DNA of 32,000 nt from Candidatus Poseidoniaceae archaeon (lineage in GTDB: Archaea; Thermoplasmatota; Poseidoniia; Poseidoniales; Poseidoniaceae), in contig CALSTM010000002.1 of NCBI GenBank assembly GCA_943789275.1, positions 600,001 to 632,000 of the forward strand, in the 5' to 3' direction. The notes below the pieces were generated by a model. It saw nothing but the letters and a program-made list of their open reading frames with translations. It ran no database searches and was not told the DNA's origin. The translations under genes and the position numbers were made by a program. Of the stretch, positions 22,780 through 31,826 are shown piece after piece (position 1 is the stretch's first letter; every line of letters begins with the position of its first letter).

Positions 22780-24972
22780 TCAAGCGTTCTCCGCAATCAG
22801 TACAGCCTCTGAAGGTTCAATTTCAGTCGACTCAGGTGCGGCCAAATCAATTTCTTCTCCATCCGAGAGCATCATCCGCAGACACACTGCCAATCCACCC
22901 CAAACAAAACTCGCCGTGAGGCCGAACATGAACAGAGAACCGAGGAAACTTCCGTAGGCAGCACGGTACGACAAATCAAGCACGTAATAGTCTCCATCCG
23001 CTGGATATTGGTAGAAGTCTGAACCTGCAAGAGTCGTCACGGAAGCCTTGTAGTGCAGTTCTCCAATGGTTGTCTCCGAGATTGGAATCATACCTCGCAG
23101 GACGGTGCCGTTTCCGTCCGAAACGGTGCATCCGTTTGGAACAGCCATAACATCGACTGATTTCCAAGAAGTCGTAGCCCACTCACGAGGTCCGAAGTCA
23201 CTTTGCATGCGACTTGGTTCAACGGTTCGCCACAAAATCTCGGTTTGAGTTTCACTGTACGGGAACTCGTTCGAAACACAGATATCAATTGGAATATCTC
23301 CCTCTTCTGGGATGTTGGCTTCATCGAGTTGCGCAAGGTAATTCTGTTGTGAGATGTTTGCAATAGCTAAGTCTGCACGTTCACGGGGATTGTCTCCGAT
23401 ATCAGCCATGTAGAAAGCAACACCAAGATTTCGGACAGCAATATGGTCGACATCATCTTGATGTTGATGGAATGCAGTCCCAATCTCCATGGTGTAGCAG
23501 TACGAACCGTGTACACCGTAATGCCAGTCGCAGAAATCACCGGTAGTTGGGTACAAGTCACTGGATTGCATGTTTGTGTATTGTGTCATTTCAGCGAGTT
23601 GGTCGCCATGGTAAACCAGTTGGTCGTGGTCTGTGGTTTGACATCCAGTGCAGTGTCCCCACGGATAGAGAACAAGTTCAGAGTAGGAGTGGTAAGTAAG
23701 AGTGGATTTGAATTCGGATTCTCCATCGCCAGAGTCGTCATTCATTTCGGTCATGTCTTGGATGAAGCGAGTTTCAGGTTCCGAGTTGCCGCCTGCCCAA
23801 TCTTCATCGGTTTTTCCGTCGTTGTCATCGTCTTCACCATCGACGTTATCTTCATTGACAAGCCCGTCACCGTCGTTATCCGTAGTATCAAACGGACCGG
23901 TATAAATATCGTTGTTCGATATACCTGCACGTTCGTCTTCAGCGGGAGTGCATGTACCGGGAATAAGAGGTACTGTTGCACCAAGAGGCCAGCCCCATTC
24001 GAACTGATAATTACGGTTCAAGTCGACACCGTCACAGTCTTCGTCAACTTGCTCATTCGGATCTGGAAGAGGTTCTGGGCCGTTGTTTCTCAAGTTCTTT
24101 CTCCATCCACCCGACGGGCAGGTTTCCCAAGCAGGTGCAGGGCAGAAGACTTCACGATCGTACTTGTTTCCATCAACATTGAGCATAGGAATGAGGTAGA
24201 TTTCACGGCTGTTGACAAGGTCGGTAATCCACTGTTCGCTGTAGTCTTCATCAACGCCCAAGTCACCTGCACCACAAGGCGTTCCGTCACCGTTTGAATC
24301 TTGTAAATCGGCTCGAAGAGAAAGACAATCGCCGTCGTCATCGAGGATTCCGTCGCCGTTGTCATCGCCCCAGCCGTCTTCGTCGACCAGTCCATCGCCA
24401 TCGTTGTCGTAACCGATGTTGTCGTAAGAGAAAGCAATAACTTCCATTACCATAATTGGAGTTTGGTAAGACATCCACTCACGTGCGTGGTGGTTGCCGA
24501 CAATCATAACATCCGATCGGTCAGCGTAATTTCCACTGTCGCCAACGAATGGATTGTAATCTCCATCGTACACTTCGCCAGTAATTTTTAGCCACGGCGT
24601 GGGTTTCATGTAATGCCATCCTTCGTAAGTGTCTCCGGTTGTGGTTTCTCCACGAGCGTTGACACCGCCGTTGAGACCTTCGTGGAATTGGAAGATGTCT
24701 TCATTTTGCTCTGTAAGACGTTCCATGCGTTCTTTCATTGTCTCGTATGTGTGGTATTCTTTGAACTGCAGAATATTATCGCTGGCGGGTGCCCAAGGAA
24801 AGATCATGTTGACATAGTCACTGGACCAAATCTGGTCAGGAGACACCCCTTCAGGCTCTTCCTGTGCTACACTAGCATTGGCTACCGGCGAAATTAACGA
24901 CAGTAAAAGTGGGAGGACAATGAGAACTCCAAACGATGGGCGTGTGCGAAGAACCTTGCCGTTTTGCATCAT
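22780..24972 (-). CDS. Secreted zinc carboxypeptidase (M14 family) with Asp-rich inserts and a C-terminal TM anchor
   Basis: M14 motifs are present: GNHHAREWMS (HxxE), LNVDGNKYD, VDLNRNY and TYHSYSELVLYPWG. The signal peptide follows the ATG at 24972 (MMQNGKVLRTRPSFGVLIVLPLLLSLISPVANA). The track's ORF extends upstream to 25884 only because the frame antisense to mscS contains no stop codon. Confidence 0.85.
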   Translation of the reverse strand: MMQNGKVLRTRPSFGVLIVLPLLLSLISPVANASVAQEEPEGVSPDQIWSSDYVNMIFPWAPASDNILQFKEYHTYETMKERMERLTEQNEDIFQFHEGLNGGVNARGETTTGDTYEGWHYMKPTPWLKITGEVYDGDYNPFVGDSGNYADRSDVMIVGNHHAREWMSYQTPIMVMEVIAFSYDNIGYDNDGDGLVDEDGWGDDNGDGILDDDGDCLSLRADLQDSNGDGTPCGAGDLGVDEDYSEQWITDLVNSREIYLIPMLNVDGNKYDREVFCPAPAWETCPSGGWRKNLRNNGPEPLPDPNEQVDEDCDGVDLNRNYQFEWGWPLGATVPLIPGTCTPAEDERAGISNNDIYTGPFDTTDNDGDGLVNEDNVDGEDDDNDGKTDEDWAGGNSEPETRFIQDMTEMNDDSGDGESEFKSTLTYHSYSELVLYPWGHCTGCQTTDHDQLVYHGDQLAEMTQYTNMQSSDLYPTTGDFCDWHYGVHGSYCYTMEIGTAFHQHQDDVDHIAVRNLGVAFYMADIGDNPRERADLAIANISQQNYLAQLDEANIPEEGDIPIDICVSNEFPYSETQTEILWRTVEPSRMQSDFGPREWATTSWKSVDVMAVPNGCTVSDGNGTVLRGMIPISETTIGELHYKASVTTLAGSDFYQYPADGDYYVLDLSYRAAYGSFLGSLFMFGLTASFVWGGLAVCLRMMLSDGEEIDLAAPESTEIEPSEAVLIAENA

Positions 24973-25312
24973 GGTATCGTGTAACCCAGTCGGCTCGCCT
25001 TCTTGAAGCGTTCGCGGCCTCGCTTGTCCCCGTAGGAGACAGGAAACAAGCGGAAGTGACCAATAGGAGCACTCACTGGAGGGGTTATGAGCAACCTCCT
25101 CACGCCTGAAGCTGATTCGGTTTGGATGGACCAAATGTTCGGACTCAATTACCTCACTATCGCCTTGTTGGTTGGGCTTCTGTTGATTGGTATCATCGCT
25201 CGATTTGTCACCATGTGGCTTGCGCCAAGAGTACTGAAAAAAATTATTCCTTCGGACTCGATTCAATCGAAGACGGTCAAAGACTCGGACAAAGCACTCG
25301 GAACTGCTGCCG

Positions 25313-26197
25313 GTGCAGGAATTATGCTGTATGCCCTCAATGCCCTCATTCAAGCTCCATGTCGAAGAAGACAACAGTTTCATTCTCCCGAGTGTACTGC
25401 AAGATTTGCTACCCAATCTGCTCCAATTCGTCTTCGCTTTATCGATGGTCGTTTGGGCTTTCCGTTTGGTTGCCATCGTCAAAGATGTTGTCGAATTGTT
25501 TGACAAAGACGGCGAACTTGACGGTTCTGAAAAGACGCTTATCTCCGCTGTTGAAAGCCTATTACGGTTCATTATCATCGCCCTGGGTGCGGTGTTTATC
25601 GCCGATGCATTGGGCTTCAACCTCACCTCGCTGATTGCTGGTTTGGGAATCTCTGGACTTGCTCTTGCCCTTGCCGCAAAAGACACGATTTCCAATCTGT
25701 TTGGAGCAACCACTGTTTTGCTCGACCGACCGTTCAAGGTTGGCGACTGGGTCATCGTCGATTCAGTTGAAGGTGAAGTCATGGAAATCAGTCTTCGTAC
25801 AACCCTCATTCGAACTGCTGCAGACACGGTGGTAACCGTTCCAAACGCCAACTTGGTCAACACCCCAATCGAGAACTTCGGCAAGCGACGTTGGCGCCGA
25901 TGGCAATCGTTGCTTCACTTGGATCTCAACTCGAACCCAGACGATGTCGCAGCGTTTTGCGATGGCGTGATGGAACTCATCACCTCCTCTGCCGTCACCG
26001 TCAAGCACGAAAGTTCGTGGTGTCAAGTATCGAATCTCTCGACGCAATCGCTCGACTTGTCGCTTAACCTGTACTGGGATGTAGCCGGTGGCGCACCGGA
26101 GCGTGAAGCAAAGGAAGCCTTCCTGCTCGGATTGATGCAACTCGCCAAGACGAAGAACCTGAAGTTTTTCGATGCAAGGATGATGTTGAACGCTTAA
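25313..26197 (+). CDS. mscS: Small-conductance mechanosensitive channel (MscS family); the N-terminus may lie in another frame starting at 25087
   Basis: The pore helix and beta domain are GLGISGLALALAAKDTISNLFGATTVLLDRPFKVGDWV...GEVMEISLRTTLIRT. The upstream ORF 25087..25503 encodes two more TM helices in the -1 frame relative to this one. Confidence 0.8.
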   Translation: MQELCCMPSMPSFKLHVEEDNSFILPSVLQDLLPNLLQFVFALSMVVWAFRLVAIVKDVVELFDKDGELDGSEKTLISAVESLLRFIIIALGAVFIADALGFNLTSLIAGLGISGLALALAAKDTISNLFGATTVLLDRPFKVGDWVIVDSVEGEVMEISLRTTLIRTAADTVVTVPNANLVNTPIENFGKRRWRRWQSLLHLDLNSNPDDVAAFCDGVMELITSSAVTVKHESSWCQVSNLSTQSLDLSLNLYWDVAGGAPEREAKEAFLLGLMQLAKTKNLKFFDARMMLNA

Positions 26198-27382
26198 TCA
26201 ATACGCCTTCGGATCTTTAAATCGATACACGGCGTTGGACGCTACCACTGCTCCAAGACTCAGCAAGGCCAAAACGAGACTTTGTTCGGGTGCAAATGTA
26301 TCCATGCGATACGAGAAAAAAGCGACCGCAAGGCCGGTTATGCCAACCCATTGACCCGATTTCCACATACGTAAGGTACCCAAATGCGCTTGAAGACGTG
26401 AAACATCACGTAACCAGTTCCGGCAATCGTTCTTGACTGAATCATCCGCAAACGCAGTCGCTTGAGCGAACTCGAGCAGCGTTGCATGGTATCGCCAGAC
26501 CCAAGCACCTCCGCGAACGGTGGATAACGCTGTACGGCTTGACCATTCAGCAGGCACGGATTTGCCCCAAACTTCCAACAACTCTTGGCGCTGCTGTTCG
26601 TTCAAACCGTCTCTTCGAGCCCACTGGTGTTCGAGTATCATCAACGTTGCAAGTGAAGGAAGACGGTCGTTTTCACACAGCAGGTGTTCTGCCAATGAAC
26701 GGGACATGGGTACGAAGTTCAGCACGCCGTCCATATCGGTCAGCGAATTGAACGAGAGGTGGAGGCGAGGTAGGCCCACGGTAGCGTTGGCGTGGGGGGC
26801 GCGCCACATTGTGTTGGATTTCAATTCGTCTTCAATCGCTTTCAAACGGTCGTTCCAGCGACGTTCAGTGTTCGGTGTAGAGAACTTAACCAGTGCGGTG
26901 TGCATTGCTCCAAGTTGACGGGTGACGTCCATCACCGTTGACGTTTGGCCATCAAATGGCTTGAGTTCATAGCGTGGATAAATTAAGATTCTGTCGTTTC
27001 CATCAACCGTCCATCCTGCAATGGGGAGCAACACCGACTGCTCCAGCAGTGCTCTGTTCCAGGGTTCGTATCGAGACAGCCTCGAGACATCGTCACCAAC
27101 TCCGAACGGGAGAATGGATGCATGATATGCGTCGTTCAGGGTGACAACAAGACCGTGCTGCGTCACCGAGTGAATCTCGACGGTTTGAACTTCAAAATCC
27201 CAATCGCCCCACTGTACGCCAAGTTCAGGTGAAGTGTTCCACTGATTTGGTTGAAGGTAGGATTCAAAATCCCACGCCGTTGTTTTTCCAAACGAGGTTC
27301 GAAGTATACCTTCAGAACGCACTTCGTCAATGGAAGAGAGCGCAATGCCAGAAGGCCACCATGCTGGTTCGTCCATGCTCAT
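26198..27382 (-). CDS. Hypothetical protein with a C-terminal double TM anchor
   Basis: The ORF is 394 aa and packed tightly against its neighbours: its stop abuts the mscS stop. It ends in two hydrophobic helices (GQWVGITGLAVAFFSY, SLVLALLSLGAVVASNAVY). I do not recognise a family with confidence. Confidence 0.5.
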   Translation of the reverse strand: MSMDEPAWWPSGIALSSIDEVRSEGILRTSFGKTTAWDFESYLQPNQWNTSPELGVQWGDWDFEVQTVEIHSVTQHGLVVTLNDAYHASILPFGVGDDVSRLSRYEPWNRALLEQSVLLPIAGWTVDGNDRILIYPRYELKPFDGQTSTVMDVTRQLGAMHTALVKFSTPNTERRWNDRLKAIEDELKSNTMWRAPHANATVGLPRLHLSFNSLTDMDGVLNFVPMSRSLAEHLLCENDRLPSLATLMILEHQWARRDGLNEQQRQELLEVWGKSVPAEWSSRTALSTVRGGAWVWRYHATLLEFAQATAFADDSVKNDCRNWLRDVSRLQAHLGTLRMWKSGQWVGITGLAVAFFSYRMDTFAPEQSLVLALLSLGAVVASNAVYRFKDPKAY

Positions 27383-27468
27383 GCGAAGGGGTGGAGGTTC
27401 TCAAGTCTCGCCTTTCGGCTGGAGCATACGCAGGGGATGACATCATACGATGTGTACGCTACGCAGGC

Positions 27469-28263
27469 ATGGAGGCGGTGACCATGGGTATCTCGGAACG
27501 GATGGGGGATGTGCTTGGCCATGCGGTTGAGTCCAAACTTCTACGAGAAGTCCTCGAACACGATGTCAAGGTTCAACACCTCGCCATCATCATGGACGGT
27601 AACCGTCGCTTTGCTTGGAAGAGCAACTTTGCAACAGGCATTGGCCACCGCATCGGAAAAGAAAAGCTTGAACGGGTTCTTGACTGGACGTTAGAAATTG
27701 GTATTCCTTGGCTGACCGTTTACGCCCTTTCCACTGAGAACTTGAACCGGCCTGAAAAAGAACTCAAAACGCTGTTCAAACTGTACAATGAAGGCCTGCG
27801 CGAAATCGCAGACGACCCTCGTATTCACGAAAACAAGGTCAAAGTTCAGGTCATTGGCCGTCGCGAACTTCTGCCGAAAAGCGTCAATGATGCTATTGAT
27901 TATGCCGAACACAAAACGGCAGAATACAACGACTTCGTATTCACTGTATGTCTTGCTTACGGCAGCAGAGAAGAAATGATTGACGCCATACGCTCGATTG
28001 CTGAAGAGCATGCTGCTGGCGAACTTGAACTCGAACATATCGATGAAAAAGCGGTTTCAAAGCGTTTGTACACCGGTGACATGCCCGACCCTGATTTGGT
28101 TATTCGAACGAGTGGAGAAGAACGGATTTCCAACTTTTTATTGTGGCAGATGGCGTATTCAGAGTTGTATTTCTCTGATGTGTTTTGGCCGTCGTTCCAG
28201 AAGAAAGACTTGCTGAAAGCGATTCGCACATTCCAAGAACGACGACGACGGTTTGGAGAGTAA
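27469..28263 (+). CDS. uppS: Cis-prenyltransferase (undecaprenyl/di-trans,poly-cis-polyprenyl diphosphate synthase)
   Basis: Motifs HLAIIMDGNRRFA, YALSTENLNRP and IRTSGEERISNFLLWQMAYSELYF are present. I chose the ATG at 27469 (alternative 27484) because it lies downstream of the divergent gene's start at 27382. Confidence 0.85.
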   Translation: MEAVTMGISERMGDVLGHAVESKLLREVLEHDVKVQHLAIIMDGNRRFAWKSNFATGIGHRIGKEKLERVLDWTLEIGIPWLTVYALSTENLNRPEKELKTLFKLYNEGLREIADDPRIHENKVKVQVIGRRELLPKSVNDAIDYAEHKTAEYNDFVFTVCLAYGSREEMIDAIRSIAEEHAAGELELEHIDEKAVSKRLYTGDMPDPDLVIRTSGEERISNFLLWQMAYSELYFSDVFWPSFQKKDLLKAIRTFQERRRRFGE

Positions 28264-28699
28264 TTGTATGACCGTGTGCGACGAATGCAACGGGTGGTTG
28301 AATCCTGCTCTGGCTGCTGATTCTGCTGTGCGCAGAGGCGATGAAATCTTGCTCATTCAGCGGAAGTTCCCCCCAATGGAGGGTGCATGGGCATTCCCTG
28401 GTGGATTTGTTGAACGCGATGAAGACCCGATGCATGCGGCTTTGCGTGAACTCAAGGAAGAAACGGGCATGGATGGATCTGATGCAAAACTCCTGATGGT
28501 CATGGGTGAGCCGAAACGTGACCCTCGCAAACACATTGTGAGCGTGGTCTATGAAATTCAAGTTGATGAACACCAACAACCGGTCGCTGGAGACGATGCG
28601 GCTGATGCTCGGTTCTGGCCGATTGAAACGCTTCTCTCTGGAGAAGTTGAGTTCGCCGGCGATCATCTCACCATTTTGAAAAATTGGCTCAATCAATGA
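28253..28699 (+). CDS. Nudix hydrolase
   Basis: The Nudix box is GGFVERDEDPMHAALRELKEETG. An alternative start is the ATG at 28268 (MTVCDECNGW). Confidence 0.8.
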   Translation: MESNCMTVCDECNGWLNPALAADSAVRRGDEILLIQRKFPPMEGAWAFPGGFVERDEDPMHAALRELKEETGMDGSDAKLLMVMGEPKRDPRKHIVSVVYEIQVDEHQQPVAGDDAADARFWPIETLLSGEVEFAGDHLTILKNWLNQ

Positions 28700-29699
28700 G
28701 TTCGGATTTGAGCAGTTCCGCAAGATGTTGCCGAGCATTTGGCCATTCTTCAGGTTCTAGAGCATCGGTCAGATGAATACCGGTGAGAAACTGTGCATGC
28801 AAGTTCTTCCATTCATCTCCTTCACATGCTTTCTTCCACCGAAACAACGGGTGGCCTTCGGATTCCAAACGGTCAAGGAAGCCTCGTTCTGCTTTGGAAA
28901 GCAGAAGCGTCGGTGTCCCAAGTAACGCAGCCTCACTGGCCAGCGTCACCGACTGAGTGATGACTGCATCATGGGCAGCAAGTTGCCGGTCAAGAGACCA
29001 CACATCGCCCATCGAGTGTTCCTCGTCAGCGGATGTAATCTGTAGACCATCGAGCATGTCATCAGGGAATTCAAGCAACTCATCGTCGTCATGAATGCCG
29101 TTACCGATGAGCCTTCGAACAAGAACCCGAGGCGGTTGACTTACCGATGACGGGCGTTGAGCTGGACGCAAATGGACATGGCCGTGCACTCCATCAAGCC
29201 GATGCAAGCGAATGCCGCCGAGATTGGAGGAGAAGCCGCCATCAAAGTCTTCCTTCCAGTGCGTCGGAAGTACAACATCGGTTGCTGATTTGAGCGCAAG
29301 ATTGTGAGCGGTGTGATTGACCTCGGTATCGGTGATGTACCAACGCTGCGTGATGGAACTTATTTTTCGCCGCAAAAAAGGTGATTTCCAAGCCATCAAT
29401 TCCAACGGAGCACCGATGCTCACAACACGTTGAATCGGCTCGCCTTGTTGGTTGCACTGGCGTAAGAACCGATGGCTTGAACGCCATCGAGCAAGCGCTT
29501 TCTTGCGGCGTGATTCACCAACTGGGCGTTCAACCCAGTGCGTTTGTCGGCGTGGAATGTGACCGTCACCTTGTTCAAGCATTTGTTCGACTTCGAGGCG
29601 CTTGGTTGCGATGAGGACATCGTTGCTTTGACCCGCCCTCAAAAACGGTGCAAGAAGTCGTACGTGCGCAGGATGGTCCAAGACCCAACAGGTGCGCAT
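28689..29699 (-). CDS. DUF354-like (GT-B fold glycosyltransferase/epimerase-like) protein, tentative
   Basis: The N-terminal WVLDHPAHVRLLAPFL resembles the HPAHVHFF motif of DUF354. The C-terminal AVITQSVTLASEAALLGTPTLLL is typical of GT-B C-domains. This is pattern recall only. Confidence 0.4.
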   Translation of the reverse strand: MRTCWVLDHPAHVRLLAPFLRAGQSNDVLIATKRLEVEQMLEQGDGHIPRRQTHWVERPVGESRRKKALARWRSSHRFLRQCNQQGEPIQRVVSIGAPLELMAWKSPFLRRKISSITQRWYITDTEVNHTAHNLALKSATDVVLPTHWKEDFDGGFSSNLGGIRLHRLDGVHGHVHLRPAQRPSSVSQPPRVLVRRLIGNGIHDDDELLEFPDDMLDGLQITSADEEHSMGDVWSLDRQLAAHDAVITQSVTLASEAALLGTPTLLLSKAERGFLDRLESEGHPLFRWKKACEGDEWKNLHAQFLTGIHLTDALEPEEWPNARQHLAELLKSELID

Positions 29700-29778
29700 G
29701 CTTGCTGCAGTCAACAACCCAACCTCAATGCATCGCCTTGTTGCGAGAAGTTAAGTCAGCCGACATCAAGGCGTGCTC

Positions 29779-30157
29779 ATGGAGAAGGAGCAAATCGAAT
29801 TGGAAGGCGCGAACAAGTACGGACCGTATTCAGCGGGCGTCAAAGCAGGTGGAACCATCTGGCTTTCAGGTCAAATCGATGTTGAAGCGGGCGATGATAT
29901 CAAGGCACAAACTCAGGGTGCATTGGACAAAATCGACGCTCTGCTTGCTGCAGCCCAATTATCAAAACACAATCTCTGTTTTGCTCAAGTTCTCTCTGGC
30001 CGATATCAACGACTTTGCAGCAATGAACGAAGTCTACGGCGCTTGGGTGGAAGACATCGAAGTCCGACCTGCACGAGCCGCTTTCGCTGCAGCCGCATTA
30101 CCCGCAGGCGCTTTAGTCGAAATTGTGGTTCAAGGCGCATGCCGAACATCGTTCTGA
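29779..30157 (+). pseudogene. ridA: RidA/YjgF-family enamine/imine deaminase split by a +1 frame change near 29964-29979
   Basis: The N-terminal half (MEKEQIELEGANKYGPYSAGVKAGGTIWLSGQI...ALDKIDALLAAAQLS) lies in the frame of ORF 29773. The C-terminal half (LLKFSLADINDFAAMNEVYGAWV...RPARAAFAAAALPAGALVEIVVQGA) lies in the frame of ORF 29648. Joined together they give a complete RidA of about 125 aa. Confidence 0.7.
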
Positions 30158-30166
30158 GGTGATGGC

Positions 30167-30349
30167 ATGCCTGGCTCGCCGTACCTCAAAGAGCCACCGA
30201 AGAGGCTGCTGACGTGGAGGCGGCTTCTCAGTTTCTCAATTCCAAGTTTACTCGTCACAACGTATCTTGCGTTCTTTTACGATGTTATCTTTCAGATGAT
30301 TGCGGCCTTTACGTTCTTTTTCATCCTCACAGCCATCATGCGCAGATAA
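30167..30349 (+). CDS. Small hypothetical membrane protein (60 aa, about 2 TM)
   Basis: The ATG is preceded by GGTGA. Two hydrophobic stretches are present. There is no other support. Confidence 0.3.
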   Translation: MPGSPYLKEPPKRLLTWRRLLSFSIPSLLVTTYLAFFYDVIFQMIAAFTFFFILTAIMRR

Positions 30350-30393
30350 GCATCAAACAGCACCCTTGAAAGGGAAAAGGCGGTAGCAATTAC

Positions 30394-31809
30394 ATGGACG
30401 AATGGCCGGTTCAGTGTTTCAAAGCCTACGATATACGCGGACTCGCGAACGGTGATGGCACCGGCGAGTTAACACCTGCCTTTGCTTATCGACTTGGACG
30501 AGCAATGGCAACATACCTAGAATGCGAAACATTTGCAGTCGGTCGGGATATTCGTGATTCGTCACCAGCAATGACCAGCGAACTGATGCGTGGTCTGGTG
30601 GATGGTGGCGTCAAAGTCCTCGACTTAGGAATTGTATCGACCGGTTGCGTCTATCATGCCTGTTGGACACTTCCAGTCGATGGTGGCGTCATGGTCACCG
30701 CGAGTCACCTCCCAATGCCAACCCACAACGGGTTCAAAATGTGCCGTGGAACCTTGCCTCTTGCGGGTGAAGAAATTCAAGAATTGAAGGATGTGTTCCT
30801 TGCCGGTGACTTCCGAGAAGGAGAGGGAGAAATCACCGATACCCCTCACCTGGATACATATCTCGATGCCATTCTCGAATCCACTGGGCCGATTGCTCGT
30901 CCAGTCAAGGTGGCCGTTGATTGCGGAAACGCAGTTCCTGGGCCAGCCATGACGGCTTTACTTGACCGAATGGGATGCGAGCACATTGACCTGTACTGCG
31001 ATTGGGATGCGAGTGAACCTAACCACGGTGCAGATCCAACCCGTCCAAAGAACATGGTCGATTTGGGCAAGGCAGTTGTCGAAAACGGTTGCGAGTTCGG
31101 ACTCGGTGCTGACGGTGACGGTGACCGAATCGGTGCTGTTGATGAACGGGGTCATTTTGTCTATCCTGACCGACTCATCGCTTTACTGGCCGATGATGTC
31201 GTAGGTACTGAAGAAGGCAAAGACTTGTTGATTTACGATGTCAAGTGCTCAATGAACGTTGAGAAAGCAATTGTAACCGCTGGTGGCCGTCCGATGATGG
31301 CCAAGACCGGGCACTCGTTCATGAAACGAGTCTTAGCCGAACATCCTGATGCGTTGATGGCTGCGGAAATGAGTGGCCACATTTTCATGGCAGACCGTGG
31401 TTGGTACGGTTTTGATTGTTCGTTGTACAACGCCGCTCGCTTGATTGAACTCTGGTCAAGAACTGAAGGGAAAACCTTCAGCCAAGAACTCACCCGTCTC
31501 GCCCCTAATTTACCAACGACTGGAGAAGTCAAAATCCCATGCCCTGAAGAAAAGAAACTGGAGACCGTCGAGGCCATCAAGAATGCCTTTTCAGATTTCG
31601 AATCCTCGACCATCGACGGTGTACGAGTACGCTTCACCTCCGGCCAATCAACAGAACAATCCGGCTGGTATCTGGCTCGTAAATCGAACACTGAAGCCAT
31701 CCTTGTGATGCGCGTCGAGGCTGTCGATGAAACCGAACTCAACCGTTTACTTACGATGATTCACGAACGTGTTTCACCAATCATCGATATCTCCAAACTC
31801 ACCGCTTGA
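30394..31809 (+). CDS. Phosphomannomutase/phosphoglucomutase (alpha-D-phosphohexomutase family)
   Basis: The active-site loop is TASHLPMPTHNGFK, the Mg site is GADGDGDRIG, and the sugar-binding loop is AEMSGHIF. Confidence 0.9.
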   Translation: MDEWPVQCFKAYDIRGLANGDGTGELTPAFAYRLGRAMATYLECETFAVGRDIRDSSPAMTSELMRGLVDGGVKVLDLGIVSTGCVYHACWTLPVDGGVMVTASHLPMPTHNGFKMCRGTLPLAGEEIQELKDVFLAGDFREGEGEITDTPHLDTYLDAILESTGPIARPVKVAVDCGNAVPGPAMTALLDRMGCEHIDLYCDWDASEPNHGADPTRPKNMVDLGKAVVENGCEFGLGADGDGDRIGAVDERGHFVYPDRLIALLADDVVGTEEGKDLLIYDVKCSMNVEKAIVTAGGRPMMAKTGHSFMKRVLAEHPDALMAAEMSGHIFMADRGWYGFDCSLYNAARLIELWSRTEGKTFSQELTRLAPNLPTTGEVKIPCPEEKKLETVEAIKNAFSDFESSTIDGVRVRFTSGQSTEQSGWYLARKSNTEAILVMRVEAVDETELNRLLTMIHERVSPIIDISKLTA

Positions 31810-31826
31810 AGCGTTCAAATAAAGAA

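Noticed and set aside
24973-25884. A 304-codon upstream extension of the peptidase ORF, which gives 1034 aa in the track
   Set aside because: The extension is antisense to mscS, is low-complexity (Ser/Thr/Arg-rich) and lacks any peptidase homology. A signal peptide follows the internal ATG at 24972. It is a stop-free shadow frame.
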